The notes under the pieces are model-generated. The model was not told where the DNA came from and did no database searches. It saw nothing but the letters and a program-made list of their open reading frames with translations. Shown piece after piece: positions 1 to 9,597 of a DNA stretch of 64,000 nucleotides. This DNA is from Nitrospirota bacterium (lineage in GTDB: Bacteria; Nitrospirota; UBA9217). Location of the stretch: contig CAWBNQ010000001.1 in the NCBI GenBank assembly GCA_963790205.1, positions 672,001 through 736,000 on the forward strand, written 5' to 3'. The number at the start of each line of letters is the position of its first letter. Positions within the stretch are counted from its first letter, which is position 1. A program made the position numbers and the translations under genes.

Positions 1-2
1 GC

Positions 3-176
3 GGCAGGCTGATCACCGTCATCGGCGAGGTCGCGGGACTGAAAGTCCAGCCGCTCGGCGAGATAGAGTACCGGTACCCCGTGGTGACCCCCAAAGAGCT
101 TCATCTGTGGGAGCCGAGCGCGGGTCCGCGGTTCTCCTTCGGCGTGGTGGGCGTCGGTGTTTTCCACGGGCGCTAG
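3..176 (+). CDS. Slp-family outer membrane lipoprotein, C-terminal part (runs off window start)
   Basis: Manual translation [36 protein letters not shown]…GVFHGR* matches the Slp pattern GRxITVxG…GExxYxYPV…LHLW; TAG at 174-176. Confidence 0.7.
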   Translation, partial: GRLITVIGEVAGLKVQPLGEIEYRYPVVTPKELHLWEPSAGPRFSFGVVGVGVFHGR

Positions 177-379
177 ATGCTTGTTGTTTACGGCTGAGGC
201 TTCGAGGGATTGAGAGAAACGCCGGATCCCGAGCGCCGAATATCAAGTAAATCCCGACTTCATCATACGGTCCCTTGCGCACATGCGACTAAGGGAAGGT
301 CGGGGGCTTTGCGTTCTATTAAATAAATTGAAATTTTTTTCTCACGGCATCCGTGTAATCACTGGAACGGGGGACTGCT

Positions 380-2209
380 ATGAAGAAAGGTTCTCAACTC
401 TTCTTTTATGTCCTGATCTTTCTGGCGTTTTTAAGCATGTTCCGGCTGTTTTCCGAAACGCCGAGCGAAGAAATACCCTATAGTACGTTCAAGAGCCTCC
501 TGGCGGAGAAAAAAGTGCAGGACCTCGTCATCTCGCGCGACACCATCAAGGGAACGCGCGTGCCCGAAAAGGACAAGGGTGAGAAGGGGAAGCCCTTCAC
601 GGTCGTGCGCGTCGAAGATCCCGACCTCGTAAAGGCCCTCGCAGCAAGCGCCATCACCTACCGCGGCGAGCTTTCGGACAACTGGCTCAGGGACTTTCTG
701 CTCACCTGGATCCTTCCCCTCGCCGTGCTAATGCTCATCTGGAGCTTTGTCTTCCGGCGGATGGGGGCAGGCGGTCCGGGCGGAGAGACGTTCATGAGCT
801 TCGGCAAGTCGCGCGCCAAGATCTACGGCGAGAGCGACGTCAAGGTGACCTTCAGCGATGTGGCCGGCGTGGACGAGGCCAAGGAGGAGCTCATGGAGAT
901 CATCGAGTTCCTCCGTCACCCTGAAAAATTCACCAAGCTCGGCGGCCGCATTCCCAAAGGGGTGCTGCTGGTCGGTCCCCCGGGCACGGGCAAGACGCTC
1001 CTGGCCAAGGCCGTGGCCGGCGAGGCCAAGGTGCCCTTCTTTTCCATGAGCGGCTCGGAGTTCGTCGAGATGTTCGTGGGCGTGGGCGCCTCGCGCGTGC
1101 GCGACCTGTTCCAGCAGGCCGTGCAGAAGGCGCCCTGCATCATCTTCATCGACGAGCTCGACGCCCTGGGCCGGGCGCGGGGCGCGGGCATCGCGGGCGC
1201 ACACGAGGAACGGGAGCAGACCCTGAACCAGCTCCTTGCCGAGATGGACGGCTTCGATCCGCGGAAGGGCGTGATCATCATGGCCGCCACCAACCGGCCC
1301 GAGATCCTCGACCAGGCCCTGCTCCGCCCCGGCCGCTTCGACCGGCACGTGCTGGTGGACCGGCCGAACATCAAGGACCGCGAGGACATCCTGAAGATCC
1401 ATATCAGGGGCGTCAAGCTCTCCAAGGACGTGGACATTGCCGTGCTCGCGGCGCGCACGCCCGGTTTCGTGGGCGCGGACCTCGCCAACATGGTGAATGA
1501 AGCCGCGCTTCTTGCGGCGCGAAAGGGCAAGACCGAGGTGGACATGACGGACTTCGAAGCAGCCATCGACCGTCTCGTGGCCGGCCTCGAGAAAAAACGA
1601 AGGGTCATGAACAAGAAAGAGAAGGAGATCGTGGCCTATCACGAGTGCGGCCACACCATCGTGGCCGAGCTCCTGCCCACTACCGATCCGGTGCACCGCG
1701 TGTCCATCATACAGCGCGGTATTACGGCGCTCGGGTATACGCTCCAGCTCCCGACCGAGGACCGCTACCTCATGACCAAGACCGAGCTCCAGGACAAGCT
1801 CTGCGTCATGCTCGGCGGCCGCGTGGCGGAGGAGACGATCTTTCACGAGGTCTCGACCGGAGCGCAGAACGACCTCCAGCGGGCCGCTGACATTGCGCGC
1901 GGCATGGTCAAGGAATACGGCATGACCGAAAAGTTCGGGCCCCTTACCTTCGAAAAGGAACGGCGGCCCCTGTTCCTCGATCTCGGACTGCCGCCGGGTG
2001 CCAAGGAATACAGCGAGGACACTGCCCGGGAGATCGACCAGGAAGTAAAGCGCTTGATCGACGAGGCCTACCGAAAAGTCAAGGAAACGCTTGCCGCGAA
2101 CCAAGACAACCTGAAAAAGCTCGCCGCGGTCCTGCTCGAAAAAGAGACCATCGAGGGCGATGAGATCAGGAAGATCCTGGGGCTGCCGGAGAAGAAGGGG
2201 CAGGGGTGA
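380..2209 (+). CDS. ftsH: ATP-dependent zinc metalloprotease FtsH
   Basis: Two TM segments, Walker A GPPGTGKT, Walker [20 protein letters not shown], Zn motif HECGH. Confidence 0.97.
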   Translation: MKKGSQLFFYVLIFLAFLSMFRLFSETPSEEIPYSTFKSLLAEKKVQDLVISRDTIKGTRVPEKDKGEKGKPFTVVRVEDPDLVKALAASAITYRGELSDNWLRDFLLTWILPLAVLMLIWSFVFRRMGAGGPGGETFMSFGKSRAKIYGESDVKVTFSDVAGVDEAKEELMEIIEFLRHPEKFTKLGGRIPKGVLLVGPPGTGKTLLAKAVAGEAKVPFFSMSGSEFVEMFVGVGASRVRDLFQQAVQKAPCIIFIDELDALGRARGAGIAGAHEEREQTLNQLLAEMDGFDPRKGVIIMAATNRPEILDQALLRPGRFDRHVLVDRPNIKDREDILKIHIRGVKLSKDVDIAVLAARTPGFVGADLANMVNEAALLAARKGKTEVDMTDFEAAIDRLVAGLEKKRRVMNKKEKEIVAYHECGHTIVAELLPTTDPVHRVSIIQRGITALGYTLQLPTEDRYLMTKTELQDKLCVMLGGRVAEETIFHEVSTGAQNDLQRAADIARGMVKEYGMTEKFGPLTFEKERRPLFLDLGLPPGAKEYSEDTAREIDQEVKRLIDEAYRKVKETLAANQDNLKKLAAVLLEKETIEGDEIRKILGLPEKKGQG

Positions 2210-2252
2210 TCGCGCTGGCTCCTGATACAGGATGCACGATGCAAAAAATATA

Positions 2253-2286
2253 AAAAGCGCCTGCATGGTTGAGAGCGCTTTTATTT
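2253..2286. terminator. Probable bidirectional intrinsic terminator between convergent ftsH and yjbQ
   Basis: AAAAGCGC (2253-2260) / GCGCTTTT (2275-2282) inverted repeat with A and T tracts. Confidence 0.45.
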
Positions 2287-2341
2287 ATTACAACCATTAA
2301 CTGAACCGGCCAGTTACGGGGGGCTTCCAAGAAAAAGAAGA

Positions 2342-2386
2342 TCACTCCCCGACGATCTTGACCAGCACCCGCTTCTTTCTCCTGCC
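2342..2386 (-). pseudogene. yjbQ: 3' fragment of yjbQ separated from the rest of the gene by the island
   Basis: Reads GRRKKRVLVKIVGE*, the canonical YjbQ C-terminus that is missing from the ORF at 36822-37208. Confidence 0.93.
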
Positions 2387-2391
2387 TCCCG

Positions 2392-2420
2392 TTAAATGAC
2401 ATTCGAGTGTATTATATTGG
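2392..2420 (+). repeat. Terminal imperfect inverted repeat, low-coordinate end
   Basis: TTAAATGACATTCGAGTGTATTATATTGG matches the reverse complement of 36807-36835 at 19/29 positions; an inner copy AAGTGTAGGACATATG at 2468-2483 matches the other end at 14/16. Confidence 0.75.
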
Positions 2421-2852
2421 AATAAACAGAGGAATTAAAGAGGTTTTTTGCTTTTAAGACAGATATTAAGTGTAGGACATATGTAAATTTTCGTATTTTG
2501 CGGACTTCAATCAATAAAGAAAAGATGCATCGCATAAAGACAGGCAGATAACCTCAGCTACAACATGATACCTCCGCACTCCAGACATTTTGCGAACTTT
2601 CAGTTGTATATGAAAATAATGGCGTGAGGGGCGCGGCTTTTAGCGACCCTCTCGACGCGTCTCGTTTACGTGCGGTTTCTGCTCTTCCGAGGCTTACTCC
2701 ATTTCAGACACTACGTTATATATGGGTAGAGCATGAGGTTAGATTCTCCCATTAAAGTATAGGGAAAATTATCTTCAAGACTACCCAAAATAGAAACCTC
2801 CTGCTAAGAATAAGTTTATAGCGAAACTAAATTCTTGTGGCAGGAGGTTCCT

Positions 2853-4160
2853 ATGAATTATGTAGATGATATCAGACTTGAGCAGTTTCTTCAACTGAAG
2901 AAAGAAATTCGCGGTTCGGAAAAGCATTTGATCGTCGGCATTGACGCGGCCAAGGAGAAGCACAACGCTTTTTTCGGTACGGCACGCGGAAAAACGCTGG
3001 TTAAGAATCTGGTCTTTGACAACACGCTTGAAGGCTTTCAAAAGCTGCTCGCCTATGTCGAGCGAATCAAAGTTCAATATAGCCTGACCACGGTCGTTTT
3101 CGGAATCGAGCCGACGGCGAACTATCACAAGCCCCTGGCGGAGCATCTGATCAAGTGCGGGCACATGGTCGTTCTCGTGGGAGGCGTCGCGGTCAAGAAC
3201 AACCGGCAGCTTCTGGACGGCCGCTGGGACAAACATGACGTCAAAGACGCGGCAAACGTCGCAGATCTTATCGCCCAGGGGAAGTGCCTGTTTTACGAAT
3301 ACCCCCTGATGACACTGCGGAACGTGCGCGTCCTGATCGCACTCAAACGGCGTTTAAAGAGAAGGGAACACGGCATGAGCGTATGTGTTCGCAATCACCT
3401 CATCGCGCAGTATTTCCCCGAGTTGGACCAACACTACGGCCCATCGGAAACCCTGACGGTGGTAAGGGAATGTCTTGACCCCTCGGAGATCGCCGGCATG
3501 GAATACGATGCCTTCTGCCGCACCGTCGCGCCGGGCAAAATGACGCTGGCGAAGGGCCGCAGGGTGGGAATGATCTGGAGGGCCGCGGTTGATTCCATCG
3601 GCTGCACTATGGGAGAAGCGGCGTCTTTCGAAGCTCAAGTCATGGTGGACGGCCTGAAGCAGATCAGGCAAACCATCAAGTCGGTGGAGGAAAAACTCGA
3701 AGATGCCTGCATGGAATTTCCGGAGTACACCTACTTGCTGAGCATTCCGGGGTTCGGACCGGATGTTTCCTCAAAGGTGCTTGGGGCCATTGGAAATCCA
3801 CGCCGCTTTACGAGCGCCAAGCAGGTATTGAAAATGGCAGGCCTCGACCTGTGCGCGGATCGAAGTGGCAAGAAGTCCACCAGCGCGATACCGGTCATCT
3901 CCAAGCAAGGCAAGGCCGATCTCCGCTACGGACTGTATCAGGCGGCATTTATCGCCTCGCTTAAGAACAAGGACTTTATCACCTACTTTACGAACAAGCT
4001 CAAGGGCCGGGCAAAGGAGAAAGGCATCGTCACAAAGATGCGCGTCAAGCTGGCCGCGAAGCTCCTGGTTATCGCTTGGACGCTGATGAAAAAAAAAGAA
4101 TGCTTTGATCCGAAATATCTCAAACAGGAGGATGAGGCCGCGAATAAAAAAGCGGCATGA
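2853..4160 (+). CDS. IS110-family transposase/recombinase (DEDD RuvC-like domain plus Tnp domain)
   Basis: VGIDAAK, GIEPTANYH, KHDVKDA (D-E-D-D); SIPGFG, RRF.SAKQ, RSGK catalytic-Ser motif; RBS GGAGG before ATG 2853. Confidence 0.93.
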   Translation: MNYVDDIRLEQFLQLKKEIRGSEKHLIVGIDAAKEKHNAFFGTARGKTLVKNLVFDNTLEGFQKLLAYVERIKVQYSLTTVVFGIEPTANYHKPLAEHLIKCGHMVVLVGGVAVKNNRQLLDGRWDKHDVKDAANVADLIAQGKCLFYEYPLMTLRNVRVLIALKRRLKRREHGMSVCVRNHLIAQYFPELDQHYGPSETLTVVRECLDPSEIAGMEYDAFCRTVAPGKMTLAKGRRVGMIWRAAVDSIGCTMGEAASFEAQVMVDGLKQIRQTIKSVEEKLEDACMEFPEYTYLLSIPGFGPDVSSKVLGAIGNPRRFTSAKQVLKMAGLDLCADRSGKKSTSAIPVISKQGKADLRYGLYQAAFIASLKNKDFITYFTNKLKGRAKEKGIVTKMRVKLAAKLLVIAWTLMKKKECFDPKYLKQEDEAANKKAA

Positions 4161-4184
4161 TCCGTGAAACGTAAAAAACCAATT

Positions 4185-4366
4185 TCGGCGAGAGAGCCCG
4201 GGACACTACGTTGAGGCTACGACCTCGGTGGGGACAATACAGGACCTCTCGTTTGAACGATAGAATCTGGATAAGGTATTCTGGGCGGCCAAACTGAAAG
4301 CGCGGCATGCCGAATAGGCTGTAACGATTAGAGTTATCGTTCGTCTGGATGCGAGAGACTCGCCGA
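4185..4366 (+). ncRNA. Candidate IS110 bridge/seek RNA
   Basis: Stems 4185-4192/4359-4366 and 4255-4262/4335-4342; GACACTACGTT (4202-4212) is identical to the left target flank 2707-2717. Confidence 0.65.
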
Positions 4367-4698
4367 TCAAAGCGATGCTGGCAGGAATGCCGGGAGGAAA
4401 GCTGCGTCTTCAATCGACGCAGAAAACCATCTGATTGAAAATTATGAAAACTAAACTGTCACTTGACGGGAGCGTTATAGTATGTCCTCAAGATTCTGCT
4501 ATCACAGCAGACCTTAGCAGGCACACCTTTTCCGACTAAGCAACACGTCACCACTCACCGTTAACAAAGATTACTTCACCGAAGCATTACCCTAAATGTC
4601 GAAGCGTCTCGACCATCCTCCTGCCGCTACGGGCTTCTTGAACACTGGATTGGGTACGATGTGAAAATGTCGTCTCAATCCTTAAAGGTTAGGCCTCG

Positions 4699-5130
4699 CT
4701 ACCTTCCGGCGATAGTCCATGCTGCAAACACGAGCAGTGCTCCAAATCCAACAACAAAGCCACCGACTTGGATTGTGTCGGCGACCTTTCGCCGCCAATT
4801 GAGTTTCCAACGCCACTCCTTGGCAGACTTTTTCTCATAGTCGAGACCCCAGGAGATGTAGTACTGAGCCCAGAGTCGCATATGAAATATTCCTGCGATC
4901 GTCGAGATCGCTAGCGCAGCCCATCCTGCTAAGAGTGCAGCCTTCATAGCTGCAGAGATCGGACTACTGCCAAGGATATCCTTGGTGAACGTAACGGAAA
5001 AGACGAATGCGCCGGCCGCAATTGACATCAAATGCTTGATGTACTCGATTCTGTAGTTGTTCCCTAGGCCAATATCCAGATGGGCTTCTGAGAGCGTTCG
5101 ATTATCTGTTTCATGTGTTTTCTCGTTCAT
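4699..5130 (-). CDS. Hypothetical membrane protein (about 3 TM helices)
   Basis: Three hydrophobic segments; start chosen at MNEKTHE with GGAGAG RBS. Confidence 0.7.
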   Translation of the reverse strand: MNEKTHETDNRTLSEAHLDIGLGNNYRIEYIKHLMSIAAGAFVFSVTFTKDILGSSPISAAMKAALLAGWAALAISTIAGIFHMRLWAQYYISWGLDYEKKSAKEWRWKLNWRRKVADTIQVGGFVVGFGALLVFAAWTIAGR

Positions 5131-5254
5131 CAGAGACTCTCCTTTAAATGTGCTGGCGGCACAGATGTGAGGCAACACGCGCGTGAACCGCAAGCATTTC
5201 GCGGCGACGCGCAGGTTGGGCCATATTGGCCGTCTATTGACGGCGCTTGTCCTC

Positions 5255-6172
5255 TTATGGAAGCTTATTCTTTAGCAGCTGCGAGCGGATATGTTTCATT
5301 ATATGAGCCTGATGCGAAATGATATTGTCATTAGAACGCTTGAACACGTCACCAAACTTAGTCCCTTGGTTTTTCTGAAGACGGGCCTCGTCTGAAAACA
5401 AACATTCTTTAGAAGAACTAACGTAATTGCACAACCATGTCAATTTTGAAGACAACGGAGTTTCTGCTGCAATCATCTTATCGCTCGCCGTTTCCTGCAA
5501 GATGTTATCAATTTCATCAGCTAAATAAAAGTCACCAGCGATTGGATCGTAACCGAGATAATCAACAAAATATAGACCATCGGTATCAACACATACCATG
5601 TGAGCTATGCGATTTTTTATGAGTATAGGTATCTTTGGAATAGGGTCTGAAAGTAAAATTTTAATTAATTCGTCGTCAATTACTGCCCGGGGGTACAAAG
5701 CGGCCCTGGATTCAATGCGGTAAGCTTTGACTAAAGCTTCTCCTAAGACCATATCTCTCTTGTGAAATAAACGGCCACAAGAGATGCCGCCTCGCGTACG
5801 AACTCCTAGGCTTAGAAGACCCCTTTGTAACCAAAAAACCGATTGAAGACAACGTAATATTGGGACGACTCTACTATTCAAAGAATACTCGTTATCTCTT
5901 TCACGTTCAGGGAAAGACATCGTTATTGCATCAGAAAGCAATGTAATCTTGTCATACGCACCGAATGGCTTATCAAACTGTATTTGAACTTCTTTGCCAG
6001 TTCGCACATGGGGCAGTGAAAAAAATACTTCTTTTTTACTTCCTACTAAAGCGGAAAACAAACTATATATTGCTTGGGCATAATTTTCAGATTGATCTGT
6101 TGCAAGCATCTGGTCAGATATTCCAAGAACATCGATAAATGCTACATACCTATTTTTGTATTGCAGGTGCAT
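5255..6172 (-). CDS. Class III nucleotide cyclase-like fold protein
   Basis: YVAFIDVLG, LLSDAITM, RGGISCGRL…GEALVKAYRIE, YPR motifs resemble the two metal-binding Asp and the RxGI.xG segment of AC/GC domains. Confidence 0.6.
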   Translation of the reverse strand: MHLQYKNRYVAFIDVLGISDQMLATDQSENYAQAIYSLFSALVGSKKEVFFSLPHVRTGKEVQIQFDKPFGAYDKITLLSDAITMSFPERERDNEYSLNSRVVPILRCLQSVFWLQRGLLSLGVRTRGGISCGRLFHKRDMVLGEALVKAYRIESRAALYPRAVIDDELIKILLSDPIPKIPILIKNRIAHMVCVDTDGLYFVDYLGYDPIAGDFYLADEIDNILQETASDKMIAAETPLSSKLTWLCNYVSSSKECLFSDEARLQKNQGTKFGDVFKRSNDNIISHQAHIMKHIRSQLLKNKLP

Positions 6173-6241
6173 TCAATCACTTTTTAGACAATCAAATTAA
6201 ATTAAGAAATCTTTCGTAGCGTTGGAAGTTTCTATCAGATG

Positions 6242-6871
6242 TTAGGTCGGTTTTTTATCAATACCGTGCTTTTCATATACCTTCGATTTTTCCGGCTGTG
6301 CCCAGTGGGTATGAGGAAACGTCGGGATTTCCCGATCGAATTCTTTCAACAATTCTTTTCTTGCATCAGCCCAAAGCGCAAAGATTTTATCTCTCACAAT
6401 TTTTCCATCATCAGTTGTGATTTGCTTGTTATATCCCAAATCACTTATCAAACGGAGTATATCCTTGACCGGTTCAAATGGATAAAGACCGATTTTGTTA
6501 TCAGTTTCACCCAAGTTCATGAAGACACCCCGAACCTCTTCAATAGCAGCACTGAGACTACAAAGAGTTTCACTATACTGTTCCTTAGTAGGGTACTCGA
6601 TATGAGTATACTGACTTGCTGTCTGGACCGCCTTCACTAAGGTGCTCCACAAAAGCCGCAATTGCTGCATATAGCTTGAGCGTCGTTGCAAACAATAGCC
6701 AAGCCAAGCTGCGGGAATAGCAATTATAAATGGAATCATGTCCTTATACGTTGAATAGATCACAGAGTTAGTTGTTTTGTCATATAATCGAAGCGATATG
6801 CCCAAAGCAACTGCCGTAAGGTAAATAACGCTGGCTACGAAGAACCACCTGAATAATTGTCTTTTTGTCAT
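6242..6871 (-). CDS. Hypothetical protein with two N-terminal TM helices
   Basis: 209-aa ORF with two hydrophobic segments followed by a helical soluble region. Confidence 0.7.
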   Translation of the reverse strand: MTKRQLFRWFFVASVIYLTAVALGISLRLYDKTTNSVIYSTYKDMIPFIIAIPAAWLGYCLQRRSSYMQQLRLLWSTLVKAVQTASQYTHIEYPTKEQYSETLCSLSAAIEEVRGVFMNLGETDNKIGLYPFEPVKDILRLISDLGYNKQITTDDGKIVRDKIFALWADARKELLKEFDREIPTFPHTHWAQPEKSKVYEKHGIDKKPT

Positions 6872-7238
6872 ATTCTATTTTTTACGCTCGAATTAAAGGC
6901 ACAGCTGGGCCGCCCCAGTTGCCACGCTTTCATATTTTCGAAAGAACATCTTATTGACTATTATGAACCAGCCATCTATAGGGATATAGAGCTATCTACC
7001 GGTATATACTTTTCGAGGTTTGCTTATTTCACGAACCAGATCCCGGAGGAACCGATCCGCTACCATATCGTACAATGCCACGAATATATGCCGAATCCCG
7101 TGGCATGTCAATCGCCCGAGATGGATATAGAGGGGTAGCAGCCAATCAATTCCACTTGTAGTATTGGAATTTCGCGGACCCGTAACTAAAACAAGTGCAG
7201 AAAGAATTCTTCGAGATGTAGAAAAGGTTTATTCTGTA

Positions 7239-7823
7239 TTAATGCTTCTTTGTAGAATGCTCTTGCCGGTTTATAATTTCCTCAGAGCTTATAAACATAT
7301 AACCTTGATTCAAAACTTTGTTATATTCCATTACGATGTTGGTCGCATTTGTAAACCAGTAATATTTATTCTTCAATTTATTCGGTTTGTCCGGCCTGCC
7401 ATATTTATGAGCTGTGACCTTCTTGAGTTTATTGAAATTGTCATATCCTGCAAATTTTATATCCACATCGGATAGTTTATTTTGCCAAAATCCATATTGA
7501 ATGCTTGTAAGTGTTACCCCTCCGACTTCAAGTGGATCGTCTTTTCTAGAATAAAACTTGACTCCTCCGTAGCTGGGATCTGTTCTGGGATGGATCATCA
7601 CGTCTTTTACCAAAGAAAAATCAGTACCCCAACTAATGCCTCTGAACCCCTCCGCCTCTTCGGATATGCCTTTCGTTGAGGATGCAAATGATAACGCAAT
7701 CACTATGATAAAAATCGCTACCCGTTTTATAACAACCTCGCTTTTATTACGAATGGTAAAAGCAATAGTCTTGGCCAGATTAATCTCCGGAATAACTATC
7801 CAAATCGGGCGAAACAGGGCCAC
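7239..7823 (-). CDS. Hypothetical exported protein (start uncertain)
   Basis: Signal-like KRVAIFIIVIALSFA followed by GFRGISWG motif. Confidence 0.6.
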   Translation of the reverse strand: MALFRPIWIVIPEINLAKTIAFTIRNKSEVVIKRVAIFIIVIALSFASSTKGISEEAEGFRGISWGTDFSLVKDVMIHPRTDPSYGGVKFYSRKDDPLEVGGVTLTSIQYGFWQNKLSDVDIKFAGYDNFNKLKKVTAHKYGRPDKPNKLKNKYYWFTNATNIVMEYNKVLNQGYMFISSEEIINRQEHSTKKH

Positions 7824-7849
7824 TTATCTACCGAATATGCAGTTGAGTC

Positions 7850-8401
7850 TCATCTGGGAACGCATCTCTCTGACAAGCGGCGTAAATCAGCAGAGTAACA
7901 AGCTGGAAACAATACACATAGTTGTTCAAACGTCACAGCATTAAGACTTCCTGCAATTGCACGAGCACGATAAGCTGCAGGAAAGGTACCCCCAGGAAGC
8001 GCACGAGTCAATTGAAGCGCCTCAAGGTAATTTCCAGATTGAGGGACTTGAGCAGCAAGGCCGTATAGGCCTTGCGCGTAAATAGAAAACTCAACGGCGA
8101 CCCCTTCCTCAAGGAAGTTCGTGTTGCTTACAGTCGGATTTAATAAGTGAATCGTCTCGTGAGCCATTTCGTACACGACGGTAGGCCAATAGATTTTGCT
8201 AGTCGGGCTGAGCTCAGCAAACGCACCATCGAGCGTAGGTGTATTGCGTAGATGAGGTCCGTTGTCGTGAAAAACGGGTTGATAGATTGTTTTCGTTCGG
8301 TCACGTTCGCCGAGAAGTTTTTCGGCCAGTGTCAGCAGTTCTTGCTGTAAAGCCCAAAGGCCTGGATAGTCATGTTCCGGAATCGAGGTGGGTAGTTGCA
8401 T
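7850..8401 (-). CDS. HExxH zinc-metallopeptidase-like protein
   Basis: YEMAHETIHLL followed by FLEEGVA (zincin third-ligand motif). Confidence 0.65.
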   Translation of the reverse strand: MQLPTSIPEHDYPGLWALQQELLTLAEKLLGERDRTKTIYQPVFHDNGPHLRNTPTLDGAFAELSPTSKIYWPTVVYEMAHETIHLLNPTVSNTNFLEEGVAVEFSIYAQGLYGLAAQVPQSGNYLEALQLTRALPGGTFPAAYRARAIAGSLNAVTFEQLCVLFPACYSADLRRLSERCVPR

Positions 8402-8444
8402 ATTGAGCTATCGTTATCGCTTTTCTGAGTTCAGGTTGGGGCAA

Positions 8445-9488
8445 CTAAATATTTTCCCCGTAGTATTGCTTGTAAACATCTTTAAAGATGAGCGGGAAAT
8501 TACTCGTGAATTCTCTAAAACCTTCGCTATTATCCTGGTACTCATAGTGTCTCAGATGTTTAAAGTCAAAGGGAATGTCAGATATATCCTGAGTAAGGAG
8601 GATTGCAGGTTTTCCGATGGCATGAACAATTCCTACTTCGTACAGGACATTCGGATTTTTTGCTGTCAAATCAGCAACAATAATTGCGCATTGGTTTATT
8701 TTAGTCCATATATCCTCAATGATAATAGGTCCGTTCAAATTATCCGCACGTAGGCATTGAAATCCGAGTGCTTCAACATTTTCTCTTATCAACTCTTTGT
8801 AGACATGATCGGACCATTCCTTTTTAAAAGGCATCAATACGAAGCAAAGTCTCGGATCTATTTGTTCAATCTTCGTTCTAAAAATTGGATGCGGTTTATT
8901 TGAGGATGAATTATCTTCGGCTGAATATCCTAACGGATTTGCTACGGGTCTTACTTTTGGTGATGATTCTCTTTGGTGATTAATTATCAACTGCTCGATG
9001 TCTCGATATTTTATATATTCGTCGAAAACCTCATTTCCGTCTAGGGCAAATTTGGCAATGCCGCCGTAATTAGTGAGTGAATATGAAGTAGATGTGAAAC
9101 TGCCAAGTCCACTAATGAATCGCAGGATAACCTCAACTTCATATTTGTCAATGCCAGACTGTGTTGATATCTCTTCTGATGATATTTCTCTCAGCTCCGG
9201 ATTTTTAAATAGGAAGTCTTTTATGAGCAGAATGACCTTATGTGTTTTTTCTATTAAATCTGTTTCCGGATCTAAATGCCATATACCTAGAAGGGTTAAT
9301 CTGTCTTCTCCTTCTAGCAATCGTCTGTCAATCTGATAGGGATTAAAGTCGTCAGGTATTTTTCCGAGTAATTCAATCTTTAAACTTCTATGGCCTGCCT
9401 TTTCTCGTGTCTTAAATTTTGTATATATCGCTCCAAGCCACGCTTTAGCGTCATCGGTAATTTCTATTTTAGGAAAATTATAGGGCAT
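8445..9488 (-). CDS. Protein with C-terminal nucleoside 2-deoxyribosyltransferase/TIR-like domain
   Basis: CFVLMPF, CLRAD, IVADLTAKNPNVLYEVG, GKPAILL, IPFDF motifs. Confidence 0.75.
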   Translation of the reverse strand: MPYNFPKIEITDDAKAWLGAIYTKFKTREKAGHRSLKIELLGKIPDDFNPYQIDRRLLEGEDRLTLLGIWHLDPETDLIEKTHKVILLIKDFLFKNPELREISSEEISTQSGIDKYEVEVILRFISGLGSFTSTSYSLTNYGGIAKFALDGNEVFDEYIKYRDIEQLIINHQRESSPKVRPVANPLGYSAEDNSSSNKPHPIFRTKIEQIDPRLCFVLMPFKKEWSDHVYKELIRENVEALGFQCLRADNLNGPIIIEDIWTKINQCAIIVADLTAKNPNVLYEVGIVHAIGKPAILLTQDISDIPFDFKHLRHYEYQDNSEGFREFTSNFPLIFKDVYKQYYGENI

Positions 9489-9597
9489 GGAGATTCCATT
9501 GCTATTTAACGGTTGCTCGCGACTTTGTCGAGTCCGTTATAGTTGATATTTCCAACTGTCTACATGACTAGACTGTCTTCACTCTGCCGGCAGTCTG

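Larger units (their letters stand above)
2714..4479 (+). mobile_element. IS110-family insertion sequence
   Basis: Transposase gene plus ~320 bp downstream non-coding region; CGTTATA present at both ends (2714-2720, 4473-4479). Confidence 0.8.

Noticed and set aside
728..2266. 512-aa ORF antisense to ftsH (likewise 38234-39361, 45280-46380, 48037-49212, 51282-52130, 57980-59512, 61439-62320)
   Set aside because: Shadow ORFs opposite well-supported genes in GC-rich DNA; no recognisable motifs.
2166..2402. 78-aa minus-strand ORF
   Set aside because: Crosses the island junction in the wrong frame; the meaningful frame is the yjbQ tail.
4463..4479. Junction promoter formed on IS110 circularisation (TTGACG + 17 bp + TAGAGC)
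   Set aside because: The -35 is good but the reconstructed -10 is poor, so it was not called.
6857..7238. Short ORFs in the gap between cargo genes
   Set aside because: No convincing start or motif in either direction; possibly a decayed gene.
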